From Octopus vulgaris (Eukaryota): 64,000 nt of DNA. Of the stretch, positions 38,468 through 52,949 are shown one piece after another. Position 1 is the first letter of the stretch, and every line of letters starts with the position of its first letter. The DNA lies in the NCBI GenBank assembly GCA_951406725.2, contig OX597814.1:167772001-167836000 (forward strand), read 5' to 3'. The notes under the pieces were generated by a model that was not told where the DNA came from, did not search any database, and saw only the letters and a list, made by a program, of their open reading frames with translations. Both the position numbers and the translations under genes were made by a program.

Positions 38468-40390
38468 GTGCACGCAAGCACGCACACACATACACACATT
38501 TTTTTTTCTTGCTTTTATAGAAAAATATATATAAGGGTAAATCCTTCTTAAGAGAAGTAATTGAGAAGCCAAAGAGAAAAAAATACTGAAACTATATATT
38601 CAGAAGTGTGTTCAGAGTAAAATGCTTGGATTTTATGTTGAGCTTTGTTTTGTGTTTCATGCATAGATAGTTATATTTAATCAACATTTATTGACATTCA
38701 CATTATTATTATTACTATATCTGGTCTCTTTTATTTATCCATCGTGTTGTGATTTGTCCATCACTTAATCCATTTTCCTCATTTAACTTACTTTTTCTTT
38801 TTTGTATGTTTGTTTCTGACAATAAGTTTGCACTTGCGAAGGTATTCATACAAAGAAACTTACGTAGATGCATCTTTGTGGACATGTACAAACACGAAGA
38901 CATCCGAGTGTATATGCAAAGTGTAATCATGCATGGTTATGAATATCCATATTATTTATTCAGATTAATATCAATATGGATTACATGGATCTAAAAGTAT
39001 GTGCAGACACTATAATGCCATATGCTTGTAGAATGGGGCACATATGCGAGCATGTGAGTTTATTCTGCCTGACTGTATGTATATATGAGAATTTCTTGTG
39101 TGTGTGTGTGTGTGTTGTATGCATGTAAGAAAGGCAAATCTGTGCAATTAGATGTACATGTATACACATGCATGTAACTTCATACACTTTTATGTGACCG
39201 TAAACACACACATATATATATGCATATATTATGCAAATGTTCATGCATTAAGGAACATATATAAATACAAGCCTGTCTGTACCTATGCACATGTAAATGT
39301 GTGTGATAAGAATACAAAATACTGCAAGGAAAGTTATTCCCCTTGTACCACAGGCTGAGGGCTTAAATCCTTCTAAAATTTCAAAATTCCACGCACACAT
39401 ACCCCATTGCTTTGTTACAAAGAAGAGACTTGTATACTCTCATATATCAATTTACTGAAGTTGACTTTGCCTTTCATCCTTTCTGGATTGATAAAATAAT
39501 TACCAGTTGAACGTTGGGGGTCTATTTAATCGACTTACTGGCCTTGTGCCAAAATTTGAAACATATATATCACAGCTGTGTGGTAAGAAGTTTGCTTCCC
39601 AACCACATGACTCTGTGTTCAAGGCACAGGCATGGCTGTGTGGTAAGAAGCTTGCTTCCAAACCACATGGCTCTGGGTTTAGTCCCACTACATGGCACCT
39701 TGGGCAAATGTCTTCTACTATAGTCTTGGGCCAACCAAAACCTTGTGAATGGATTTGGTAGACAAAAACTGAAAGGCCCATCATATATATGTATGAATGT
39801 ATGTATGTATATATGTATGTATGTATGTATCACTCTGCTGAGTGGTTGGTGTTAGGAAAGGCATCCAACTGTAAAAATCCTGCCAAAACAGTCACAGAAG
39901 TCCGGTATAGGCTTCAGCCTGGCCTGTTCTTAAGGTACCGTTCTACCCAGACTAGCATGGAACACAGACATTAAATGATGATGATGATAATGTATGTATT
40001 CATGTGGTTGTATCTGTGTTTGACCCCACCATCGCTTGACAATCGATGTTGGTGTGTTTATGTCCCTGTAACTTAGCAGTTCGACAAAAGAAACCAATAG
40101 AATAAGTACTCGGCTAACAAAGAATAAATCCCGGGATTGATTTCTTCAACTAAAACCCATCAAGTCAGTGCTCCAGCATAGACGCAGTCAAACGAATGAA
40201 ACAAGTAAATGAATAAAAGAATACATATATACATATCCTCTGGTACTTTTTTCCCCAGAAAAGCAGTACCCTTCGAGTATGTACTGATTCTTACTGTGGT
40301 GGCCCATCCATTCAATGCCTACAAGAAAAGTAGACATATAACGATTTTTACACACATGCAATGCATACATACATACATACATACATACAT

Positions 40391-40467
<77 letters not shown>

Positions 40468-40670
40468 CACACACATCAATCAATCAATCACAGTATTGAC
40501 CAGACAATCAAATATTGTTATGTGCCATTGGTCACAGTGTGTTTCCTCACATTGTTTTAGCTTTCGTAAAATTCCACACCACTGACTAGGTGGGCAGGCC
40601 AGTATAGATATACATATATATTCAAACCATGGCAACATGGAAAAAGGAACATTAAATGATGATGATGATG

Positions 40671-41056
40671 AGTGGCTGTGTGGTAAGTAGCTTGCTAACC
40701 AACCATGTGGTTCCGGGTTCAGTCCCACTGTGTGGCATCTTGGGCAAATGTCTTCTGCTATAGCCCTGGGCCGACCAATGCCTCGTGAGTGGATTTGGTA
40801 GACGGAAACTGAAAGAAGCATGTCGTATATATATATATGTGGGTGGGGTTGTGTGTCTGTGTTTGTCCCCCTAGCATTGCTTGACAACCGATGCTGGTAT
40901 GTTTACGTCCCTGTCACTTAGCGGTTCGGCAAAAGAGACCGATAGAATAAGTACTGGGCTTACAAAGAATAAGTCCCGGGGTCGATTTGCTCGACTAAAG
41001 GCGGTGCTCAGGCATGGCTGCAGTCAAATGACTGAAACAAGTAAAAGAGTAAAGAG
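40671..41056 (+). mobile_element. SINE type B
   Basis: High similarity to 18581-18993. Confidence 0.85.
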
Positions 41057-41132
41057 CAAAAACTGTCCGACGAACAGGAGCGTGAAACTCAGATTAACAG
41101 GTTTTGTTGAATTTTCCGCTGCTTTAAATAAA

Positions 41133-41133
<1 letters not shown>
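41057..41133 (+). mobile_element. Penelope-like terminal-repeat fragment with a hammerhead-like motif
   Basis: ctgt-CCGACGA-acaggagcgt-GAAA-ctcagatta-acag, then AATAAA and (TA)n. Confidence 0.6.
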
Positions 41134-41179
<46 letters not shown>

Positions 41180-41411
41180 CTGGTAGAATTGTTAGCACAG
41201 TGGGCAAAATATTTAACAGCATTTCATCTCTCTTTATGTTCTGAATTCAAATGGCAATGAGGTTGACTTTGCCTTTCATCCTTTTGGGGTTGATAAAATA
41301 ACTACCAGTTGAACATTGGGATTGATTTAATCAACTTAGCCCCTTCTCCCAAACCTATTGGCCTTGTGCCAAAATTTGAAATCAATATATATGTATGTAT
41401 GTATGTATGTG

Positions 41412-41463
<52 letters not shown>

Positions 41464-41715
41464 TTACGTATATGTATATACAGGAATTATGAGAGGATGG
41501 GAATAGCAAAATGTTTTCTGCTCATTTTTCTCAACACACATGGAACTCCAGAATCTTGTTTAGGAAGAGGTTTCAAAGAGATCTTTTGCGATATGCCAAT
41601 CAATACAGTTCATCCATGGCTAAAACATGATTTGAAATGATGCTAGTGATAAAGGCTGAGCTTTCCGTATGCATGTGTGTATGAGAGTATGTATATGTGA
41701 GTGTGTGTGTGTACA

Positions 41716-41754
<39 letters not shown>

Positions 41755-41802
41755 ATGTGAGGGGGAGGAGTGTTTGTGTGTATATGTATTCATGTATACC
41801 TG

Positions 41803-42092
<290 letters not shown>

Positions 42093-42950
42093 CTGTATCC
42101 TATCAAGTCTAAATTTGCTGCTACCCTTTGCCGGGTGGTGAGGCATGACCCTCTCCCTTTACCTGCTAATCATCTTAGCTTTTCCACTCATTTCCCTATC
42201 CACTTCAATCATTTTATCTCTCCTTCTTTTATAATCTTCCGTTTCTAATCACCCTACCACATATGAAATTGACAAACTATGAATGGCTGTCTCCCTACAT
42301 CCTACACCCACCCATGTATATACCCACCACCACCATCACTACCTCCTTGTCCTTCACTAGGCCTGTATATGAGGCTTTACTGGTTTATTCTCATTATTCT
42401 ACCTGTGACCACCTTCCCTCCTCCATTTAGCTTACCATGCAGTTACCACCCTATCAATGATATAACTTTGTCTTGCCACCTGTAATGTCTGCTTGCTCAC
42501 CTACTGCCATCTATCACTCTCTCTCTCTTCCCCATTTTCTCTCACTTTCCTCTCTTGACAGTTTGTCTGCCTCTCCCCCCCCTCTCTCTCTCTCTCTCAT
42601 CCCCATGATCACTTTTCATTTTCTTTCAATGACTGTCTGTCTAGATTCCTCACCACCCTAGTCTATTTTCACTCCTTCATGTTCCCTTTTTCCTCACACT
42701 TTCTACCCACACTTGCTCTTACTGTACAGGGTAGCCCTGGACCTGCTGCTACACAACTTACTTTCATCACCCTTACCACTCTATCCCTCTCTTTCTTACT
42801 AACTATGGATACTAATCCCTTATCTTTCCTTAGTCTCTGTTGAATCCCTGCCACTCAGTAGTGTCTGCTCTGTTAGTCTCTCCACCCTCTCACAACTATG
42901 AAACCGTCTTTCTCGTCTTACTTTACCATCTTTCAGTATCTTAAAAACCC

Positions 42951-43003
<53 letters not shown>

Positions 43004-43602
43004 GGACCCCTTTAGGACCTTTATAGTCTTGCAAATTGCAAGGCAACCTCACTAATACAGGTACCATGAAATAAAAAAAAAAACATCTACACTCTATTAA
43101 TGTCTGTATATAACTTCCCAAACATGTGGTTTTCTGTTCCATTCAGTTCCACTGCCTGATACTTAGGTTTAGTTCTTTTACTGTAGCTCTGGGTTGACCA
43201 AGGCCCAGGACTACAGTAGAATTGAGTAGATTTGGTGGTCAGAAACTGAAAGAAACCTGCTATTTGTGTGTGTGTGTGTGTGTTAAATATAAATGGCAAT
43301 TTCTGTCTGTCTGTTACCATCTTCTGCCCAAACTAGGGAACCAATCTTCACCAAACTTTGTATACATGTTGAACTAATGTCCAGTTCAATTATAGGCTAA
43401 TTGGATTTCAATAAAAATCTATCATGGACTGACTACAGGGGTTGGGCTGTTACATGATAAAAGGAGAGGGGTGCAAAAGTATGAGTCTTAGGAAATTGTA
43501 GCATAATAAGGGTGGATGATATCAGGGAAGGGGAGGAGACATGAAGCGATAGACACAGGGAATGTGAGAGATAGACAGAGAGAACGACAGACAGGGACGT
43601 CT

Positions 43603-44850
43603 TCCATATATAGATATAAAGGAGAGTTTGTGTGTGTGTGTGTGCACGTGCGTATCTTCTTTATGCATCCGAAAACTGAGTTGCCGATTTTGATGTGTGG
43701 GGTATCGAAAGATTCAGTAATCTTACAACTACCAAATAAACTTTATTTTCATTTACATATTTGCATTACAAAAATTTTATATTATAATCTTTTTTATAAG
43801 TCAACTATCATAAACATTCTATACAAAGACGACTACGTCACATTTTCTATATGAATGTATACATTAAAAGACATCCGTTTTTCTATATTTTATGACGAAA
43901 TACAGTCACTCATATACTCTCTCTCACACACACACACATACACACGCACACATATATACAAAAAAAGATGTATGCATATGTATTTATGTATATGAAAGAT
44001 GTGTGTGTATGAGAGAGAGAGAGAGACTGAGTGAGTGCCACTTACACATACATGACAACACGCACCTTCACTCACACTCTCTCTCTCCTTCATGCACAAA
44101 CACACACACACGTCCATTTCATATACATGTACATACATCTTTCACTTTCTGCTCTCACTTCAAGGCAAATATCATGGTTTCACTTTCTCTTGTCTTTCAA
44201 TTTCTGCTCTCTTCAAAGCATAAATAAATAAAAAACATAATTACCAAAATTAACGAATACATTTGAAAATTGAGTTGCCGATTTTGACGTATGGTGTATC
44301 AAAAGACTCAGTAATCTTTCAGCTAACAAATAAACTTTATTTTCATTACATATTTGCTTTACAAAAATTTAACATTATAATCTTTCTATAATTCAACTAT
44401 CCTAAATGACATTTTATACCACATCGACATCACATTTTCTATATGAGTGTGTACCTGAGATATCCATTTCTCTACATTATGAGGAAATACAGTCTCTCAC
44501 ATGCACATGCACACATACATACAAAAAAGATGTATGCATATGTATTTATGTACATGTCTATGAAAGATAATGTGTGTGTGTGGGAAAGAGAACAAGTGCC
44601 ACTCACACATACATGCAAAAATGACATACATGACAACACACACTTTCACTCACTCTTTCTGCTCTCACTTCAAAGCAAATGTCGCCTCTCCACTTTCTCC
44701 TCTCTTTCAATTTCTGCTTTCTTCAATACATAAGAAATTTAAAAAATTTACAGAAATTAACGAACAATCATATGATCCCATATGATCAAGTTGACAACTT
44801 TCCCACTTCAAACAAAAGAATGCCATAAAATAACTTCCTTTCGCACACAT

Positions 44851-44909
<59 letters not shown>

Positions 44910-46059
44910 AACACAATCATACACTCAAGGCAAAACTTCTGTATGAATTATGTTATTTCTTGCTATGTGCATGCACAAAATTACAGCTCAAAACCAACTG
45001 AAATCACCTTTTTCTATTCTATAATTCTTGTTTGTGATGAGTGTATTCAAAAACCTGATCTTCGATATAAATTTAAAAGGAAGTTCTCCAAGAAATCCTG
45101 TCTTTTACCCGTTGTTTCTAGCTTATCCGCACCCACTTGATTTTTTTCTTAAATTTCTTCCAATTCCTATGTTTTCAATACAGGAGATTAGGATTTTGCC
45201 CAAAAACACGTTCTCAATATTTTAATCTTCTCCCTCTCCATCCCAATTTCTTCAGTTTCTACTTTTTTCAAACTTTTTTCTTGGTAATCCACGGAGAGAA
45301 AAAAATGAGTATGAATCTAGGAATTTTTTTTCTTCCTTTTTTCTTTAAGAAACACTAAAATCTCCTTCCCAAATATCCACCCATCACCTCACCACTTTCA
45401 AAAAGCTACAAACTCTCAATGTTTCACTTTTAGCTTTTTGGAAAGAAGAGAAGTTTCTTCAGGAATTATGTCATTTATATGTTGTTTCTAACATGTCAGG
45501 TTTTTGGTGGTGCTTTAATATTTTTTTGTCTGCTATTTCAGTACAATTCTATGCATGCATGAAACATCAGATGAAAGTGAAACAGATTGTTTTTAGCTTT
45601 TTGAAAGCGGGTAGGTGATGGATGGGCAAGGTGGGGAAAGGGGCATTGAGTGTTTCTTGAAGAAAAATTAAACTTTAAAAAAATATATATATATTTCCCA
45701 GATTCATAATCTCTGTATTTTTCTACATGGATAAAAAAAAATTGGTAAAAAAATTACAAATTAAGAAATTGTGGTGTAGACGGGAGAAACTAAAATTTTG
45801 AAAATGTGATTTCTGGACGAAATCATATTAACCCCCTTTTATACGACAAAACAATGCATAATTTGTGATCCATCATAAGAAAGCACTTTTATGCAAATTA
45901 CACCATCCTTCACTTCACTTTTAAACAAACAATAACTTCCATTACACCAGTAATCCTGTACACTATATATCAGCTGTGCTGATTCTGCCCATAAAGGAAC
46001 AAATAATACAATATGGTTGTAGGTCATAACACCCAGGCAACACTTGGATGCATTGCTAG
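43603..46059 (+). mobile_element. Probable non-autonomous Helitron
   Basis: 5' TCCATATATAGATATAAAGG followed by (GT)n and a CCGATTTTGATG motif. 3' weak hairpin (CCAGG-CAACA-CTTGG) then CTAG|T at 46056-46060. Contains an internal tandem duplication and an inverted repeat. Confidence 0.5.
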
Positions 46060-46142
46060 TGTGTGTGTGTATTTGCGCATATACACGACAGGTTTATATA
46101 TATATATATATATATTATAATTATTATTATTATTATTATTAT

Positions 46143-46590
46143 TGGCAGTGAGCTGGCAGAATCATTAGTACACTGGGCAAAATGTTTAGCACTATTTCAT
46201 ACATTTTTGCATTCTGAATTCAAATTCTGCTGTGGTCAACATTGCCACAGTCAATGAAATAAGTACTAGTTACACACTGGGTTCGGTGTAATTGACTGTC
46301 CCCCTCCCCCAAATTTTCAGGCCTTGTGCCTATAGTTCAAAGGATTGTTATTATTATAATTATTATTATTAAGGCAGCAAGGTGGCAGAATCATTAGTAT
46401 GCTGGACTAAATGCTTAGCAGTACTTCGTCTGCCTTTACGTTTTCAGTTCAAAGTCTGCTGAGGTCAACTTTGCTTTTCATCCTTCCAAGGTCAATAAAA
46501 TAAGTTCTGGTTGAACACTATGGATGATGTTATGAATTAGCCCCTCACCCACAAATTTCAGGCCTTGTGCCTATAGTAGAAAGAATTATT
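46143..46590 (+). mobile_element. Two tandem type-A-head SINEs with GGCCTTGTGCCTATAGT tail, in (ATT)n
   Basis: Each copy is preceded and followed by ATT repeats. Confidence 0.8.
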
Positions 46591-46961
46591 TTCATTATTA
46601 TTATTATTTCATTTGGGTATTAACCTTGAAGTTTACCCTATTAAGCTCATCCACAGGTACTGGCAACCAGACAAGGCAGCAATTCAAAGATTGTTCTATC
46701 AAATGCATATCAGAAAATCTAAAAATATGCATTGAGTTTTTATAACTACAATCAAGAAGAATGGAGTGAGCAAGTCTTTTTAATACATCAATTTACAATT
46801 GTTTCATCTGAATACAATCTCATCAATCTTGACATATTATGCAATAATATATGCAACTATTGATTATTTTCTGAGAGCGATTGAAATAACACATGCCAAA
46901 CCATGCTCAGCAGTATGAAAGTAATTTCATGAAAGAACTTGAATTATCTAGAGTTTATACA

Positions 46962-47358
46962 CAGGCACAGACAGGAGTGGCTGTATGGTAAGAAGCTTGC
47001 TTCGCAACCACATGACTCCAGGTTCAGTTCCACTGCATGGCATCTTGGGCAAGTGTCTTCTACTATAGCATCAGGCCAACCAAAGCCTTGTGAGTGGATT
47101 TGGTAGACGGAAACTGAAAGAAGCCCATCATATATATTTATATGTATTTGTGTGTCTGTGTTTGTCTACCCCCCACCTCCACCATCATTTGACATCCGAT
47201 GTTGGTGTGTTTATGTCCCTGTAACTTAGTGGTTCAGCAAAAGAAACTGATAGAATAAGTTCTAGGTTTACAAAGAACAAGTCCTGGGGTTGATTTGTTC
47301 GACTAAAGGCAGTGCTCCAGCATGACCGCAGTTAAATGACTGAAACAAATAAAAGAAA
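46962..47358 (+). mobile_element. SINE type B
   Basis: High similarity to 18581-18993. Confidence 0.85.
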
Positions 47359-48079
47359 TACTGAGCTGGCTGTAGTTACAGGATCACATTTACATATAAA
47401 CAAAGCAAACTGTTGGTGAGAGTTAACTGGTCAAGGAGCGAAAAGGAATAGAAAAAAATGCAGAAAAAATTTTTTTTTGCTTTCAGGTGATATAATAAAT
47501 TATTGGTTGGTTATCAGTTCCTATATCCGCATGATTTTATAGCTGTGTTCTTCATTAGTGTTGTATGGTTTTAAAGTATACTTATTCTATCGGCTACTTA
47601 GATGAGGAAACTGAGACATGCCTCTATCATTTTAATGCTCCCAAAGTCTGCTATCCACCAAATTATAACAATCATCCAAATTTTGCCTATCTTGTAGTCA
47701 GGTGTCAGCTACTTCAATGGCTTGTGATCGTGCACATGCACACACAGTGAAAGATATAGATGATACATACACAGCAGATAGCTTATATATTTCTTACTAT
47801 TTCTTTTCCTTCCTTGTGTGTGTATGTGTGTGTGTGGTGCAATGATTCAAATAGGGAAAATAGAACTCAAAACATGAGTATATATATATATATATGTTTT
47901 TTTTTATTAATAATTGGCAAAGTTACTGAATGACCAGGATATTTGTGCACTGATAATGTGAACACATGAAACTCTCAGCCCTTGAATCACTCTGCAATTT
48001 CTACTGATTATTAATTAAAAATATACTTCTGTATATGTGTGTGTGTGCGCCAGCGTGGAAGGCGGACATTGAACGATGA

Positions 48080-48145
<66 letters not shown>

Positions 48146-48669
48146 TGTGAGGTGTATATATGTGTGTTTGTTTGTTTGGTTGAGTAAGTTTTCATTTCCA
48201 TTATTTACACATTCGATCCTTTGTTGACTGTAAATAATGGGTCTGCTGATGGTGTAATCCACCACAAAAGCATGTCCGGGCTTCATAACAGGTGTTGCCA
48301 TGTATTCCTGTTTGTATAGCGTCACTTATTTCAGGTTCTCAGTACAAACATGTCCAAGTTGTTTGTTGTTCAGTAGACTGGGGGAGTATTACCTTTCTTG
48401 GAAGTAAATGGGGGCGGGGGTGGCAACAGGAAGAGCATCCATCTGTAGAAAATTCTGTTCCAACATACTCTTGTCTGACCTATGCAACAACGAAAATGTT
48501 GACATTAAAATGGATGATAGTGATGATGTTGACGTGTGCATGAACATATATATATTTACACACACACACACACACACAAAAAATTCACAAGTTGTTTTTA
48601 AGGAGAATGAGAAATCTATATAAAGCAGAATATATGTAATAACTTTTTATTACCTGAGTACGCTACAAG

Positions 48670-49011
48670 GATCTGAGATCTCCTTCGGTCATGACACTGA
48701 CCATGGGATTGCACCTAGAAAGTTACCCTCACAGGCACAAGTCCGGGCAAGGTTGTTTATGGAAGACCAGCAGTCGCCCATGCATGCCAGCCTCCCCTCT
48801 TCACGCCACCAGTGTTATCCAAGAGAAAGGCAAACACCGATACAGCTTGGCACCTGTGACGTTGCAACTTATTTCTACAGCTGAGTGAACTGGAGCAATG
48901 TGAAATAAAGTGTCTTGCTCAAGAACACAACATGCAGCCCGGTCTGAGATTCGAGCTCACAACCTCATGATCGTAAGCTCAATGCTCTAACCACTGAGCC
49001 ATGCACCTTCA
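48670..49011 (-). mobile_element. tRNA-derived CORE-like SINE (type D)
   Basis: A-box TGGCTCAGTGG and TTCTTGAGCAAGACACTT core. CTACAAG is duplicated at both ends (48663-48669 and 49012-49018). Related heads at 31157-31430 and 52530-52777. Confidence 0.8.
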
Positions 49012-49914
49012 CTACAAGAATATAATAATAATATTAATGATGAACTCTCTGTCAAAGACAATGTATGAGTGTTCAGCTTTTGCTGAACAACCTGCAAAAA
49101 TTATTTTTTTATAGGGATCTAAAGTATGTGTTGTTCTTAAGCTCATTCTCTCCATCAAATCAACATTGCCTGGACAGGTGCACAGTATACTATGCACCAA
49201 GTGCCAAAGTGATCACAGAGTAATTTGAGATGAAGTGTTTTGCTCAAGAACACAACACACCACTCACCCATACACACACATATATATGGTACAAAATTTT
49301 TTTTTAAATTACAAAGACGAGGTAAAAAAAAAGAATGAATGTCTTAGTCACCGCATGCTGAAATGTGCAGAAGAGGAAGAAATGGGTTTTGGGTATGGTT
49401 GACAAGGGGATCAGCAGATGGTATCAGTGTATGGGAATGCATGTGCACAAACATGTATCAGTGTATACATTCAGTTGGCATGTGTATGTATGTGACTCTA
49501 TCTGATGTGTGTGTGTGTATGAGACTGTCAGATGTCTGTATGCATTATATATATGTAATGCACCAGTTCGCCAGTCCTCAGTCAAATCGTCCAACCCATG
49601 CTAGCATGGAAAGCGGACGTTAAACGATGATGATGATTGATGATATATATATAGATATATAGATATGTATATACATACATACATACATGCATGCATACAC
49701 ACATGTATACATGCATGTATATGACAGGCTTCTTTCAGTTTCCAGCTACCAAATACACTCATAAGGTGTTTGTTAGTGTGGGGCTATAGTTGAAGTCACT
49801 TGTCTAAGGTGCTGCAGAGTGGGACTGAACCCAAAACCACAAGCAAGCTTCTTAATCACACAACCCCACCCATATATCCATCCATCCATCCATACACACA
49901 CACACACACGCACG

Positions 49915-49989
<75 letters not shown>

Positions 49990-50189
49990 CGCTAACAGTA
50001 ACACATAAATACATATATTGTGTTTATTAAATATTTATCTCTCACCAGGTGGAGTACTTTTTTGTTGATCTTACCATCATGGAATAGTACACTGTGTGTG
50101 TGTGTGTGTGTGTGCATATATAAAATTTATGTGATAATAAACTTCATTATGAAGAAATTAAGTTAAGATGGTTTCATTTTCTTTTAAAG

Positions 50190-50310
50190 GTTCTCATTGC
50201 TACCAGTACACTGGCTTGGGGCGTCAATTTCCCAGCTCATTTAGTTATCATTAAAGGAACAGAATACTATGATGGTAAAACCAGACGTTATGTGGATTTT
50301 CCAATTACAG
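50190..50310 (+). CDS. ASCC3: ASCC3 internal coding exon (helicase motif V region)
   Basis: ttttcttttaaag acceptor and GT donor at 50311. 121 nt encoding [40 protein letters not shown] plus 1 nt, continuing directly from the previous exon. Confidence 0.95.
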
Positions 50311-51151
50311 GTATTTTCGCTATGCTTAATATTTTAATATCTATTTATAATTACATCCATATGTTGAGTTAATTGGAAAAAATTAATTCTTTTTCATTTT
50401 TTTTTTAAATGTTGTTAATCATTTGTTTTGTTTATCTTTTCTTGTATGAGTAATAATGGCAACATCAGGAAGTAAAATTACATATGTAAATACGTTACCT
50501 TTTCTTTTTAAATTCTTTGAATTTCTCATGAAAAAGAAAGAACTTGTTTGTAATAAAAACAGCAAAGCTTCATTCTAACAAAGTTTTATGGCAGTGATTT
50601 AGGTCACACCAACAATAGTAATAACCGGCATGTTGGATTTGGGAAAAGTTTGGCATAAATTCACAGTTCCATTTATAGCCTAATTGTCAGAATGCATATT
50701 AATTGGGCATCTTCAATTAAACTCCCTGCTTTCAATTAAACTCCCTGCGTTTCAAGATTACTATCTTTTACCTCTAGTTTTTACTTGTTTTAGTCATTGG
50801 ACTGTGGCCATGCTGGGACACTGCCTTGAAGGGTTTAGTTGAATATTTTGACCCAATATTTAATTTTAAATCTGATATTCATTCTGTCAGTACCTTTTGT
50901 TGAACTACAAAGTTACAGGAACATAAATAAACCAACAGTGGTTGTCAAACCAACAGTAGACAAACATAAACACAAAGACAGACAAACAAGCACACACACA
51001 CACACACACACACACATGCACAATGGGCTTCCACACAACTTCTGTTTACCAAATTCACTAACAAGGCTTTGGTCAGCCCAAGGCTATAGTAGAAGACACA
51101 GGGACTAATCCAGAAACCATGTGGATACTAACTAAGCTTCTTAACCATACA

Positions 51152-51385
51152 TGTTTCTTTACTACCCACAAGGGGCTAAACACAAAGGAGACAAACAAGG
51201 ACAGACAAACGGATTAAGTCAATTACATCGACCCCAGTGCTTAACTGGTACTTAATTTATCAACCCCAAAAGGATGAAAGGCAAAGTCAACCTCGGTGGA
51301 ATTTGAACTCAGAATGTAACGGCAGACAAAATATGGTTATGCATTTCGCCCTACGTGCTAACGGTTCTGCCAGCTCGCCGCCTTT
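51152..51385 (-). mobile_element. SINE type A nested in an older CORE-like SINE
   Basis: 19-bp TSD TAAGCTTCTTAACCATACA (51133-51151 and 51386-51404). Confidence 0.9.
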
Positions 51386-52294
51386 TAAGCTTCTTAACCA
51401 TACAGCCATGCCTGCACCTACAATTAGTGATATAACCAAATGTATCAATAATTAGAGACACAAATGTGAATTTACAATCTGGGTAGAGTTGCTGTAGGTT
51501 TCAAAGCAGTTGTCTAAAGATTCACTTTCATGCTGATATTGGAAGTAATATTCACATCTGCTTGAGCAGCTGACTCCTATAACAATACATAATCTTTCTT
51601 TTCTACTCGAACAACAGTATCACAGCCTGCTGTATTTGCATTTGGCAACAGTTACGATAGGAATATTTAACCAATATTGCTTATGTGGAAATGTGAATGT
51701 ACTGAACATTAGAAATATTTTCTATATTTTTTTCCCCCAAGCACTCTGTACATTGTTTCAGCATTGGTGACACTGTATAGTTTAGCAACATCATACCACA
51801 GAAAAAAGTAGTAACCTCCACACACACAGCAGATGGAGTACTTTTTTTGTTGATCTTATCATCATGGAATAGTATAGTGTTGTGTGTGTGTGTGTGTGTG
51901 TGCACATACACACATACTATAAAATGGCTTTTGATTATAGCTTGACATTTTTATGAAAGAATGGAATGCTCCCTGCTCCAACCATTAATCATATTAAAAC
52001 CTGCTATAAATTCTACCACACGATGCCAACCATGCAAAACACTTCTCAGAAGCAGATCATTTAGATGATGAAAGCTCTTGTTCAATGAGCATTCATCTCT
52101 ATTATGAGTCTGTGACATTTTCGGTGCCATCTGTTTGGCATCGCTGACTCAGTGGTGACTTATCTGACATTAGACATATTGATGTTTTTCTCATTCTCTC
52201 TGTCTCTGTCTCTCTCCCTCTCTATATGTGTGAGCATATTTCTCCCTGTGTGTATGCAGAGAGGGAAAGTGTTTATGTCAATCATAATAAACTG

Positions 52295-52394
<100 letters not shown>

Positions 52395-52401
52395 CTCTCT
52401 C

Positions 52402-52444
<43 letters not shown>

Positions 52445-52949
52445 CTCTCTATCTCTCTCTGTGTATGCATATATTTCTGCATGAACATATGTATTTACTT
52501 CCAGAGATAAAACATAATGCATCCTTCTCAAACCCTACAAACTCCTAAGGCCCAGTTTCCTGATTTCTGTAGCATGTATATAGTTACCCACTGAACAGGA
52601 CACTGGTCTATCACAGGATTTCACAATTTTGCCAGCTGAGTGGACTGGATCAATGTGAAATGAAGTGTTCCGCTCAGGAACACAACTCAATGCAATGCAT
52701 GGCTCGGTCAAGCAATCGAAACCACAATCTTACAATCATGAGTCCAGCACCCTAATCACTAGGCCACACACCTCCACAATGTCAAAACATATTGTCACCA
52801 AGACAGTTTGAATGTCCAATCAGCCATTCCAAATCGTCATTATCCAAACAGCCACATCCAGTTGTCACATTCACCTCCAATGCTCCCTTGTCAACATGCC
52901 TCAATACCTCTGACATTCTCTTTACTTTTCATGATACTTGTTCAAATAA

